Of a DNA stretch of 38,911 bases, positions 18,625-27,654 are shown piece by piece (position 1 is the first letter of the stretch; every line of letters begins with the position of its first letter). The notes beneath the pieces were generated by a model. That model made no database searches and was not told the origin of the DNA. It was given only the letters and a program-made list of their open reading frames with translations. The translations under genes were made by a program, and so were the position numbers. The DNA lies in IMG/VR virus record IMGVR_UViG_3300032225_001942, positions 1 to 38,911 of that record. One strand, 5' to 3'. The stretch comes from a virus. Taxonomy: Duplodnaviria > Caudoviricetes.

Positions 18625-19233
18625 ATGCGTGGTACGAAAGTACAAGGCAGGTTTAAAATTGACTACGAAAGTAAGTCAATGGATGAAGGCATCGTTGATG
18701 AACTTCGTGACCCTGTTGGTACTACCGTATCTTGGTGGGTTTGGGACCAAGCATATTTAAACGCAAATCCTGGTCTAGTTGTTGATGATATCTACGATGT
18801 ATCAAGTAGCACTCCTGGTGAAGGAAGACGTTGGAAAACCCCATTTGAACTTCCAGTTATCATGGCTCAACAACTGCGTTCTACAAATATTATGAACGAA
18901 CGAGGATTTTACGTCACAGATACTTTGCGCCTTGTTGTATCAGTTGCTGACATAAACTTACTTCTTCCAGCATTGGTTACAGACCCAACAACCCACATTA
19001 AAGACCGAGTTATATTCCAAGACAAAGCATTTGTTCCTACACGAGTTATGCCACGTGGAAGATATAAAGAGCGCTATTCTGTAGTTACTATTGACTGCAA
19101 CCAGGTTAACTCCGAAGAGCTTGTCAATGACCCACAGTTTCAAACTTATGCTTCATCAAGTGTTGTGGGTAGGCTTGATGGAGGACTGGGATATGGTGCT
19201 GGAAGCTATGGTAGCTATGGATATGGAAGGTAA
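18625..19233 (+). CDS. Putative head closure / head-tail joining protein
   Basis: 202 aa, KDRVIFQDKAF beta-barrel-like segment; neck-region position; SD AAGGAG. Confidence 0.5.
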   Translation: MRGTKVQGRFKIDYESKSMDEGIVDELRDPVGTTVSWWVWDQAYLNANPGLVVDDIYDVSSSTPGEGRRWKTPFELPVIMAQQLRSTNIMNERGFYVTDTLRLVVSVADINLLLPALVTDPTTHIKDRVIFQDKAFVPTRVMPRGRYKERYSVVTIDCNQVNSEELVNDPQFQTYASSSVVGRLDGGLGYGAGSYGSYGYGR

Positions 19234-19238
19234 TTATT

Positions 19239-19709
19239 GTGCCGTTAATTAAACCTGCAGATGGAGATTTAAATTGGGATGTAAGTCTCAATGCTGCTCT
19301 TGACTATTTAGATGGTCAAACAACATTGAAATCTCCTATTGCTAACCCAACCTTTACTGGAACTGTAACTATTCCAGTTTCTAACATTACTTCATATCAA
19401 AAAGTTGCTGTGGCTGCAGTTACAACTCCTATTACAGCTGCTACTTACACTGTTCCAGTAACAGATACCTATGTAATTTTTAATTCAGCTTCAGCTGTGT
19501 CTGTAACACTTCCTGCAGCTGCATCATTTGTTGGGCGTACGTTGAGCTTTAAAACAATCAATACAGGTGCAGTAACTTCAGCGGCATCTAATGTGGTTGC
19601 GTTAGCAACATCCACAGCTGCTGCAACACTTTTCTCTGCTAACACTGCAGGGAAATGGACAACCCTAGTTAGTAATGGGACTAACTGGGTAATAATGGCA
19701 CAGAACTAA
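19239..19709 (+). CDS. Small fibre-like virion protein
   Basis: KSPIANPTFTGTV segment and C-terminal TY...D......VTLP.A....GR...LVSNGTNW domain. Confidence 0.65.
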   Translation: MPLIKPADGDLNWDVSLNAALDYLDGQTTLKSPIANPTFTGTVTIPVSNITSYQKVAVAAVTTPITAATYTVPVTDTYVIFNSASAVSVTLPAAASFVGRTLSFKTINTGAVTSAASNVVALATSTAAATLFSANTAGKWTTLVSNGTNWVIMAQN

Positions 19710-19720
19710 AGGAGATAGAC

Positions 19721-19855
19721 ATGTCAGAGTTTGAAGACGACATCATTGATGATGTTAACTTTGAAGAATTTGAGCCTGAATTAGATGAAGACCTGTTTGA
19801 TGAAGAGTTTGATTTTGAAAACGACAATGACGAAGAAGAAGAAGGAGACAGCTAA
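19721..19855 (+). CDS. Hyperacidic 44-aa protein, not in ORF track
   Basis: SD AAGGAG; MSEFEDDIIDDVNFEEFEPELDEDLFDEEFDFENDNDEEEEGDS; 25 D/E, no K/R; TAATG coupling to next gene. Confidence 0.75.
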   Translation: MSEFEDDIIDDVNFEEFEPELDEDLFDEEFDFENDNDEEEEGDS

Positions 19856-20031
19856 TGGCAAAGCTACCAGCACCTAAAAAAGGCAATGGCAAAGTAGAAA
19901 AGGTCATGAAGGAAGCTAAAGCAGGCAAACTTCATTCTGGCTCAAAAACTGGTCCTATTGTTAAAAACCCTAAACAAGCAATTGCTATTGCTTTGTCTGA
20001 GGCTAAGAAAGCAAAGAAGAAAAAGAAGTAA
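19855..20031 (+). CDS. Lys-rich 58-aa protein, DUF6496-like, not in ORF track
   Basis: KVEKVMKEAKAGKLHSGSKTGPIVKNPKQAIAIALSEAKK; SD AAGGAG. Confidence 0.8.
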   Translation: MAKLPAPKKGNGKVEKVMKEAKAGKLHSGSKTGPIVKNPKQAIAIALSEAKKAKKKKK

Positions 20032-20087
20032 TGACGCCAGAATGTAAATGTGGCAACTGTGGCTGCGGCAAAAAAAACCCAAGCTAA
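20031..20087 (+). CDS. 18-aa Cys-rich ORF (MTPECKCGNCGCGKKNPS), possibly the true N-terminus of the next ORF
   Basis: TAATG coupling; four Cys; A8 run at 20070-20077. Confidence 0.5.
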   Translation: MTPECKCGNCGCGKKNPS

Positions 20088-20307
20088 AGTTGAAAAGCCA
20101 GTCACTCTGGCTATCAAGGTCCCAGGCAAGCCTGCACGGGAAACTCATAAGATTTCTAAAAACAAAAACGGTGACGTAATTGTTGACCATACAAACCGTG
20201 ATAAAGGAAAGTATGACAAAATAAACCTCACCAAAAAGGCTGGGGCTAAAACCATCAAACAAGGTGTTGCTGCTACAAAGCAGTGGCACAGAACTCAAGG
20301 GAGATAA
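20050..20307 (+). CDS. Lys-rich small protein (start uncertain)
   Basis: Basic 85-aa ORF; GTG start lacks a clear SD. Confidence 0.65.
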   Translation: MATVAAAKKTQAKVEKPVTLAIKVPGKPARETHKISKNKNGDVIVDHTNRDKGKYDKINLTKKAGAKTIKQGVAATKQWHRTQGR

Positions 20308-20309
20308 GT

Positions 20310-20534
20310 ATGTGTGCAACATGTGGATGCGGAATGAAAGGCAAAATGTCAGGCAAGAAGCCTATGTCAAAGGCTGCTGATAAGAAGCAAGATGCCAAAG
20401 CAAAAAAAGGAATGACACCTGCTCAAAAGAAAAAGTTTGAAGCGGCTGATAAGAAGATGGATAAGAAGAAACCATCAGCTAAAGAAGACGTTAAAATGGA
20501 CAAGGCTTTAGCCAAAAAGATTAAAAAGAAGTAA
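20310..20534 (+). CDS. Lys-rich small protein with N-terminal CxxCxC
   Basis: MCATCGCG then about one third Lys; SD GGGAG upstream of ATG 20310. Confidence 0.8.
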   Translation: MCATCGCGMKGKMSGKKPMSKAADKKQDAKAKKGMTPAQKKKFEAADKKMDKKKPSAKEDVKMDKALAKKIKKK

Positions 20535-20540
20535 GTAGTT

Positions 20541-20566
20541 AGGCCCCTCAAGTAGGGGCCTTTCTT
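20541..20566 (+). terminator. Probable intrinsic terminator
   Basis: AGGCCCCT-CAAGT-AGGGGCCT followed by TTCTT. Confidence 0.7.
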
Positions 20567-20675
20567 CTATCATTGCATTATCAGTAACCCGCTGCGGGCC
20601 TGTGCAGTCCCAACTGCTTGCGTTGTATAAGGGGTTTATCCATGTTGTCTTGCCTTACCCAAAAGAAGGTACACA

Positions 20676-20993
20676 ATGGCTAACACCCACGCTCATACAG
20701 CGCTTGATAAAAGCAGTCATGAAACTGCTAAATATCTTTCTACACACCTTCGCAATGAAGCAAGCGCAGCTGGCTGGCCTGACCATATTGTTGGTCGTAT
20801 GAAAGTCCATTACCACGAAGGCGAATTTAAAATTGCCGCTCACCCAAAGCATACCAAGCAAATTAACGACTTGGAATATGGAACTACAGATAGCCGCCCA
20901 ACTGCAGCTATGCGTCGGTTCTCTAATAACCTTTCTGAAGCTGAAGAGTTCTTTGTTGGAAGAATGATGCACCATATGGGAGGCGAGCTATGA
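20676..20993 (+). CDS. Putative neck/tail component (HK97 gp10-like)
   Basis: DLEYGT...RP...MR motif; position before tail completion gene. Confidence 0.55.
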   Translation: MANTHAHTALDKSSHETAKYLSTHLRNEASAAGWPDHIVGRMKVHYHEGEFKIAAHPKHTKQINDLEYGTTDSRPTAAMRRFSNNLSEAEEFFVGRMMHHMGGEL

Positions 20994-21655
20994 CCTTTCT
21001 TATCTCTGAGGATGAAGCTTTACGTAACCTTCTTTTGGGTATGACCGTAGTTGACCAAAAGTCAACTACTGACTCTACCTCTCGTAGCGTTAAAGTTTAC
21101 TTTGGGCAACCTGACCAGGAAATCCGTGAGCAGTCATACCCGTACATCACAATTGACATGATTGATATTTCAGAAGACCCTGCACGTGCACACCGTGGAT
21201 TAACTAAACCTTCTTATTTGCCAGACCCTTCTACAGACCCATCAGGTAGCGGGGTTTATAACGCAGAAACACAAAGTTGGTATATCCACTGGCCTATCCC
21301 AGTAAACATTGATTATCAAATTACTACCTATTCACGTCAACCTAGACATGACCGTCAACTTTTAGGTCAAATGTTAAGCAAAAAGATTCCGATGCGGTTC
21401 GCTGTATTGGAGCCAGATGACGGAACCGTCCGTCGTTTGGACCTTCTGGACGTTTCAAAGCGAGACGTTACAGAGCAAGGAAAGCGTTTATTTGTAAATG
21501 CTTTTACTGTGAGAGTCTCATCCGAGATTACATCACAAACCTATACTCAAGTGTACAAAACGTTGCACGTTATCGGTACTGGCACAAAAGGAAAGTTTGT
21601 TCAAGGACAAGCTTCTTATCCATTTACTGCCGTTGATTCATGGACTAATTCGTAA
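20990..21655 (+). CDS. Putative tail completion / sheath terminator protein
   Basis: V.VYFG.PD...YPYITI...PVNIDYQI; immediately upstream of sheath. Confidence 0.55.
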   Translation: MTFLISEDEALRNLLLGMTVVDQKSTTDSTSRSVKVYFGQPDQEIREQSYPYITIDMIDISEDPARAHRGLTKPSYLPDPSTDPSGSGVYNAETQSWYIHWPIPVNIDYQITTYSRQPRHDRQLLGQMLSKKIPMRFAVLEPDDGTVRRLDLLDVSKRDVTEQGKRLFVNAFTVRVSSEITSQTYTQVYKTLHVIGTGTKGKFVQGQASYPFTAVDSWTNS

Positions 21656-21694
21656 ACAATAAGGAACCCCTACCCAACTAGTTAGGAGAAAACA

Positions 21695-23239
21695 ATGGCT
21701 TATAGCCGTCCAGGTGTTTATATTACAGAACGCCTACTACCCGCACCACTCAACAATGGAGCTTCAGCTAACGCTGCAGGCGCTGTTGCTGCCCCATTTG
21801 CACAAGGTCCTGAAACAGTAACTCTTGTTAACTCATGGTATGAATTCACCAAGTATTTTGGTGGATACAACACAGCTTACCCAGCAACATTTGGTATAGC
21901 TCAATTCTTCAACAATGGCGGTCGTGAACTTTACGTAAAGCGCATTCTTGCCTCAAACGCAGTTGCTGCAACTGTAAACGTTCAAACTTCTGGAGCAGTT
22001 ACTGTTGTTACAGCTACTGCTAAAAACCGTGGAGTTGATGGAAACAATCTTCGTGTTACGGTTGACCCAGGCACTGTTTCTGGAACTTACACACTGACTG
22101 TTTACAAAGAAACTGTTGCTGGAACTGGCTCAGATATTACAAACGATATTTTGCTTGAACGTTATGAAAATATTATTTTTAATCCATCTTCTTCTGCTAC
22201 ATCTGATTATGCAGCTACTGTGGTTAACACAGTCTCTTCTTACATCACACTAAGCAACTTTGCTTCTGGAACCCCAGTTATGACATCTCCATACCCATTA
22301 ACTACAGGTTCTGATGGAACTGCTGTAGCTTCTACAGACTACACTTCATACTCTTCAACAGCTGCAAGCGTGTGGAATGAATTTAGTTCAGTTAATCGTC
22401 CATTGGTTATGTTTACACCAAATATTTACGCAACAATTGCTTCTCTACAAGCAACAGTTATTAACGATGCTGCTTCTTGGGCTGATTCAAATAACGGGTT
22501 TTATATTGCTGAAACAGCAGCGGGACTTACTGTGGACAATGCAATTGTTGCTGCACAAGGTTTTGGTGGCAAAGGAACTACAGCCGTGTACTACCCACAC
22601 ACATACGTTTCAGACCCAGTTGGTCGTGGAAATGGTGCGTTGCGTCTTGTAGGCCCATCAGGAGCTATGGCTGGTATATACCTATCAGTTGATGCAAGCA
22701 CAGGTGTGTTTAAAGCACCTGCAGGCCTTCGCACACCTGTTGCTGGAGTTGTAGCTTTAGAGCGTAACTTTACCACAACAGAACTAGACCGTATGAATAA
22801 CGGATTGCCTGCTGCAGGAACAGGTTCTGTTTCTCCAGTTAATCCACTTCGTCAAATCCCTGGTGCAGGAATCTGTCCTATGGGTGCTCGTACACTTCTT
22901 CAAGATGGAACAGCTAACAAGTATGTAAACATGCGTCGCTCTTTGATTTATATCAAAGCTCGCTTGCGTGTATTAACCCAATTTGCAATTTTTGAAAATA
23001 ATGATGCAACTTTGTGGTCAAACATTAACGCTACATTAGATTCATTCTTGAATGAGTATCGCAACCAAGGTGGACTTAGCGGAACAACTGCTGCACAGTC
23101 TTACTTCATTAAGTGCGATGCTGAAAATAACCCAGCTTCATCTATTGCAAATGGTGAAGTACATATCCAAGTTGGCGTAGCTTTGCAGTATCCTGCAGAG
23201 TTTATCGTCATTGACCTCAGCCAAAAAACGCTGAACTAA
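21695..23239 (+). CDS. Tail sheath protein
   Basis: PGVYI.E, FFNNGG..LYV.R, AVYYP, GVFKAPAG, GARTL, YVN.RR, FENND..LW, PAEFI. Confidence 0.95.
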   Translation: MAYSRPGVYITERLLPAPLNNGASANAAGAVAAPFAQGPETVTLVNSWYEFTKYFGGYNTAYPATFGIAQFFNNGGRELYVKRILASNAVAATVNVQTSGAVTVVTATAKNRGVDGNNLRVTVDPGTVSGTYTLTVYKETVAGTGSDITNDILLERYENIIFNPSSSATSDYAATVVNTVSSYITLSNFASGTPVMTSPYPLTTGSDGTAVASTDYTSYSSTAASVWNEFSSVNRPLVMFTPNIYATIASLQATVINDAASWADSNNGFYIAETAAGLTVDNAIVAAQGFGGKGTTAVYYPHTYVSDPVGRGNGALRLVGPSGAMAGIYLSVDASTGVFKAPAGLRTPVAGVVALERNFTTTELDRMNNGLPAAGTGSVSPVNPLRQIPGAGICPMGARTLLQDGTANKYVNMRRSLIYIKARLRVLTQFAIFENNDATLWSNINATLDSFLNEYRNQGGLSGTTAAQSYFIKCDAENNPASSIANGEVHIQVGVALQYPAEFIVIDLSQKTLN

Positions 23240-23258
23240 CCGAAGGAGATAACTAACT

Positions 23259-23903
23259 ATGGCTATAGTTAACAATCGCTCAAACCTGAAGACAGACCCA
23301 TTACGTAACTTTAGGTTTTTGGTTACGTTCAAAGCACTTGCTGGAACAGAGTCAACTGCAAGCACAGCAACCAATGCTGTTGCATCAGCAACTATGGGCT
23401 TTACTTCAGTATCAGGAATGGCTGTTACAACAGACTCTATTCCTTACCGTGAAGGTGGTTACAACACCACTGTTCACCAAATCCCAGGACAAACAACGTT
23501 TGCTCCTATCACACTACAACGCGGTGTAATGCTAGGTGCTAATGACACTTGGGGTTGGATGCGTAACCTATTTGCTACTGTGCAAGGTGGCGGAACTCGT
23601 ACTGCATTAGAAAACTTCCGTATGGATTTAGAAATTGCAGTTCTTTCTCATCCAATTCCTGGAGTTGGCGGAGAAGCAAGCGGACAAGCAGCCGCTCCAA
23701 CAGACCATACAGCTATGCGTTTTCACGTGTACAACTGCTGGCCTACATCACTTGCTTATTCAGACCTAAATGCAGGCGACAATGCTCTACTCGTAGAGCA
23801 GATGACTCTTGTGCATGAAGGTTTTGATGTTAACTTGGGAACATCGTTAGCATCAACAGGACAAGCTGGAACAACATTTGGTACAGCAGCAGGAACCCCA
23901 TAA
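23259..23903 (+). CDS. Tail tube protein (T4 gp19-like)
   Basis: DPLRNFRFLV, GF..VSG, YREGG, PG....ITL.RG, NCWP......L.A, E..TL.HEG. Confidence 0.9.
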   Translation: MAIVNNRSNLKTDPLRNFRFLVTFKALAGTESTASTATNAVASATMGFTSVSGMAVTTDSIPYREGGYNTTVHQIPGQTTFAPITLQRGVMLGANDTWGWMRNLFATVQGGGTRTALENFRMDLEIAVLSHPIPGVGGEASGQAAAPTDHTAMRFHVYNCWPTSLAYSDLNAGDNALLVEQMTLVHEGFDVNLGTSLASTGQAGTTFGTAAGTP

Positions 23904-23929
23904 CAATACTAATATAACAAAGGATAAAA

Positions 23930-24742
23930 ATGACGAATACAATTAATGCAGCGGCTAATCCCGCAATGGCTAACAACATCTTAAACCAGGTGATTAATGA
24001 CGCACCTACCAATGATTTCAACCCAGAAATCAAATCTCCTTTGGAAAACATGGTTGACCTTCCTGGCGGGTATATAACACCTGCTGGGGAGGTTCTCCGT
24101 GTAGCAGAAGTAAAAGAACTGAACGGTAGAGATGAGGAAGCTATTTCTAAAACATCTAGCGTTGGAAAAGCTCTTTTGACTATTTTGCAACGTGGAACAG
24201 TGAAGATTGGCAATATTGATGCTACAGACGAGGTATTAGATAACCTCCTTGCTGGAGACCTTGATGCTCTTCTTCTTGGAATTATCAAAACTACTTTTGG
24301 AAAAGAAATTGATATTCCGTCGTACTGTGAAAAGTGTGCAGACTACAAGCTAGTTACAGTAGACCTTGATGACGACATTAAATTTAAGCTTCTTTCAGAC
24401 CCAATTAACGACCGCGTTTTTACGGTACAGGGAAAAAAGAATCTTTTTACAGTTCGCCTTCCTTCTGGTTTTACTCAAAAAGCATTAATTAATAGCGCGG
24501 ATAAAACTGAAGCAGAACAAACAACAGTGTTACTTGAAAACACTGTTATTAAAATTGATAACGACCCAGTCTATAGCGCTATTCAAGTTCAAAACTTAGG
24601 TTTAGCGGATAGAAAAAAAATTGTAAACGAAATCAGCGCAAAAGTTCCTGGACCTCAGTTTACTGACATCGCAGTGACTTGCCCTGATTGCGAAGGTGAG
24701 GTAACGGTTTCCATTAATTTGGCAACCTTGTTTCGCCTGTAG
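23930..24742 (+). CDS. Tail assembly chaperone / baseplate hub assembly protein (T4 gp26-like)
   Basis: EL.GRDEE, L..GD...LL..I, two CxxC pairs (CEKC, CPDC); between tube and tape measure. Confidence 0.8.
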   Translation: MTNTINAAANPAMANNILNQVINDAPTNDFNPEIKSPLENMVDLPGGYITPAGEVLRVAEVKELNGRDEEAISKTSSVGKALLTILQRGTVKIGNIDATDEVLDNLLAGDLDALLLGIIKTTFGKEIDIPSYCEKCADYKLVTVDLDDDIKFKLLSDPINDRVFTVQGKKNLFTVRLPSGFTQKALINSADKTEAEQTTVLLENTVIKIDNDPVYSAIQVQNLGLADRKKIVNEISAKVPGPQFTDIAVTCPDCEGEVTVSINLATLFRL

Positions 24743-24902
24743 TTATACCTCCTACCTGGAACTATTTTCAGAGTGGGCAGCAATAACTGAATTACACAAT
24801 GGATGGACACTATCTGACATAAAAGATATGTCAGTAAGAGAAAGACGCAATTGGTTACAACTAGCCAAGGCAAAAACGGAAAGGATGAGTAATGGCATTT
24901 AA
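24732..24902 (+). CDS. Startless +1-frame extension of the chaperone (T4 gp51 / GT-like)
   Basis: SYTSYLELFSEWAAITELHNGWTLSDIKDMSVRERRNWLQLAK; GWT..DI..M..RER..W motif; no ATG/GTG/TTG start upstream of the motif. Confidence 0.7.
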   Translation, partial: FACSYTSYLELFSEWAAITELHNGWTLSDIKDMSVRERRNWLQLAKAKTERMSNGI

Positions 24903-27654
24903 CTTTATGGGCAACGTAAAAAGCCTTACTTCTAACGTTTCTTCTCTTAAGAAAGAGCTTTCTGGTGTCTATGACATCCTAAGTAAAATAAAAGGAATTG
25001 GGCCAACAGCATTTGGAGACGTCAATGCTGCTATTCATAATGGTGGTCAGTTTGGTAACGGAACTGGCACACCATTATTTTCAAAAGCAACTAACATTCC
25101 AACAACCAAACCAAAGTTTGGCAATCAAAACACAGTTCCTGCATCTCAACCTTCTTCTCAAAGCCAAGTAAATAATTACACTGCGTCAGCACTTCAAACT
25201 CAGTATTTAGGTGCTGGAATGAGAGCAGCAAGATTCGGTATTGCAGCAGGTGTTGCTCAAACAGTTACTGGAGCAATTGGTGGAGCAGCGGGTATGCTTC
25301 CAGATGTTGGAGCCGTAGCAACAAGAGCTGGTTCGTTCTATGGCTCTTCAGCTATGTTTGGTGGAACTAATAGGACTCAAAACCAACTAAGCACAATGGC
25401 AGCCATGAAGGGCGGCATTACAGGCCCTATGGGTACTGCCGAAGCTTTCGGTACTCTTACTAATTACAGTTATATGCCTGGCAGTGCAAATATGAAAATG
25501 GGACTTGGTCAAGTTGGTGCTGCCGCAAAAGCGTTGAATATGGATAACGCAACTGCCGCAAATGCAATTGGTGCTTTGTCTACAGGAAGTATGGGAGCTC
25601 AGCTCTACCAGTACGGTATTCGTCAATACGATGACAAAGGCAACTTACGTACCCCTGGAGCAATTGCAAAAGACGTCATGCAACGTGTGTTTTATCCTGG
25701 GCAAGATGTAAGCAAAATTGGCGCAGAGCAATTTGCAAAAGACTCAATGGGTATGAACCTTGATTACCAACTCTCCACCATGGGAATTACGGGTGAAACG
25801 GCCCGCATAATGAAAGCATCCATGGGACAAGTTGCCGCAGGTAAAAGTGGAGAATTAAAAGACTTTAATACTAAAGACAATCCGTTAAATCCTTTTTACA
25901 AAATTACTGGTTCTGAAGAAAAATTAACTCAAAAGTCTGAAAAAGGATTACTTGCAGGAGCAAACACTGCTGCAGATGCGTTAGTAAAATTAAACGCTGC
26001 ATTAGAGCACACGCCTGAACTCATCCTTGCGATGAAAGGTGCAATGCAAACCTTTACAGGAAGTAAAGCTGGTGGAGGAATCAGCGGAGCTATTAGCTCT
26101 GTTGTTGCTGGTGGAGCCTCAATTGCTCAAAATGTGTTAACTCTAAAAGCTTTACAAACACTTGGGGGTAAAGCGGGTCCAATGGCTGGAAGGGCACTTT
26201 CAAAAGGAGTTAAAGGTAGTGTGGCAGGAACTGTTGCGACCTTGGGCGGAGAAGCACTTCAACATGGAGCAGCACATGGAAGCCTCAGAAGTCGTGCAGG
26301 AAATGCCGCAAAATGGGGTGGAACTGCTTTTGGTGCAACTGCACTAATCAATGCAATTCCTGGTATAGGAAACGTTGCCTCTGGCGGAATTACTGCTCTT
26401 GCTTCAGGTTTAGGTTTCTTATTAGGTGGACCAAACGATGGTTTTTCAGCTTCAGTAGGAAGTTCCTCACAAGGAATGGTTAACCCCTCATCTATGAGTG
26501 GTGCTAGCTCTGTTCCTATGGCAATGCCAGTTCCTGGGTCTGCAATGGCAGCAACTTCTGCATCCATTAGCAGTGGAGCGGGTTTTGGAGCAAAAGACCC
26601 TTCAATGACAACTATGACAGGAGCAGTCAATTACCACACAGGTGAAGATACCCCTATGGCAATTGGCACACCAGTTCATGCTCGTTTTGCTGGAACAGTA
26701 GTTTCCCGTAACGCAAGTAGAGATTTAGGGATATCGGTAGAGATTGACCATGGCGACGGGTACTCCTCTATTTACGGTCACTTAAACCAAAAATCTGTGC
26801 GTGTTGGTCAGACAGTAAAAGTTGGCGATTTAATTGGAAAGTCTGGAGCTTCTGGACGAGTACGCGGAGCTCACCTTCACTTTGAACTGCGAAAAGGTAA
26901 AACCCCTGTTGACCCTAAAACTTATAATCCATATTCACCAAAAGATAAAAACGGTAAAACTAAATCTGGTTCAACAGGTTCTTCTGGGTCAGTTTCTCCA
27001 GCAAATGTTGGGGCTGGAGTAAAAGCAAGTGCTAAAGAACTGCACTCCTGGTTAGTATCCCAGGGCCTTAGCGCAAATGGTGCTACAGGTGTTATAGCTA
27101 ACTTAATTGCAGAATCTGGATTGAAAACAAACAATCCAGGTGATGGTGGAACTTCTAATGGAATTGCACAGTGGCACCTTGGTAGATTAGATAACCTAAA
27201 GAAGTTTGCTGCTTCTAAAGGGTTAGACCCGTACAGTATTGATGCACAAAAAATGTTCCTTTTAAAGGAAATGAAAACTTACGGAACAATGTGGAAGCAA
27301 CTACAAAGCGACAAGATTAGTCCTTTAGATGCAACCGCGTTGTTTATGCGCAAATTTGAACGACCAAAAGACCGAAGTGATTCGGCAGCACAACGTAGAG
27401 CTAGCTTAGGTATTGGAGCTATAGAGGGCGGACCTACTGGTGGGTTTAACGCTTCAATAGGAATGGCTTCTACTGGGTTAAACAACTCAGCACAAATGCC
27501 AACCTCTGTTGGTAGCTCAAGTTCTGGAACTAACAACGTTTATGTAACATTACAAATTCAACAAGCTAATCAACAAGAAGCCGAAGCATTTGCCAAAACA
27601 ATAAAGAAGTATCTTGAAAAAGATAACAAAATTCATGAGATGGGACGACGTTAA
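24892..27654 (+). CDS. Tape measure protein with C-terminal M23 peptidase and phage tail lysozyme domains
   Basis: Ala/Gly-rich helical N-half; M23 HTGED, YGHL, HLHFE; lysozyme GVIANLIAESG, GIAQW...R, F.RKFERP. Confidence 0.9.
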   Translation: MAFNFMGNVKSLTSNVSSLKKELSGVYDILSKIKGIGPTAFGDVNAAIHNGGQFGNGTGTPLFSKATNIPTTKPKFGNQNTVPASQPSSQSQVNNYTASALQTQYLGAGMRAARFGIAAGVAQTVTGAIGGAAGMLPDVGAVATRAGSFYGSSAMFGGTNRTQNQLSTMAAMKGGITGPMGTAEAFGTLTNYSYMPGSANMKMGLGQVGAAAKALNMDNATAANAIGALSTGSMGAQLYQYGIRQYDDKGNLRTPGAIAKDVMQRVFYPGQDVSKIGAEQFAKDSMGMNLDYQLSTMGITGETARIMKASMGQVAAGKSGELKDFNTKDNPLNPFYKITGSEEKLTQKSEKGLLAGANTAADALVKLNAALEHTPELILAMKGAMQTFTGSKAGGGISGAISSVVAGGASIAQNVLTLKALQTLGGKAGPMAGRALSKGVKGSVAGTVATLGGEALQHGAAHGSLRSRAGNAAKWGGTAFGATALINAIPGIGNVASGGITALASGLGFLLGGPNDGFSASVGSSSQGMVNPSSMSGASSVPMAMPVPGSAMAATSASISSGAGFGAKDPSMTTMTGAVNYHTGEDTPMAIGTPVHARFAGTVVSRNASRDLGISVEIDHGDGYSSIYGHLNQKSVRVGQTVKVGDLIGKSGASGRVRGAHLHFELRKGKTPVDPKTYNPYSPKDKNGKTKSGSTGSSGSVSPANVGAGVKASAKELHSWLVSQGLSANGATGVIANLIAESGLKTNNPGDGGTSNGIAQWHLGRLDNLKKFAASKGLDPYSIDAQKMFLLKEMKTYGTMWKQLQSDKISPLDATALFMRKFERPKDRSDSAAQRRASLGIGAIEGGPTGGFNASIGMASTGLNNSAQMPTSVGSSSSGTNNVYVTLQIQQANQQEAEAFAKTIKKYLEKDNKIHEMGRR

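Noticed and set aside
20581-20640. Twister-like ribozyme (TAA...GTCCCAA...AAGGG)
   Set aside because: Lacks the AAGC loop ending and the P2/P4 pairings required by the consensus
20602-20802. 66-aa ORF overlapping the tail operon leader
   Set aside because: No SD, overlaps a better-supported gene out of frame, no recognisable motif
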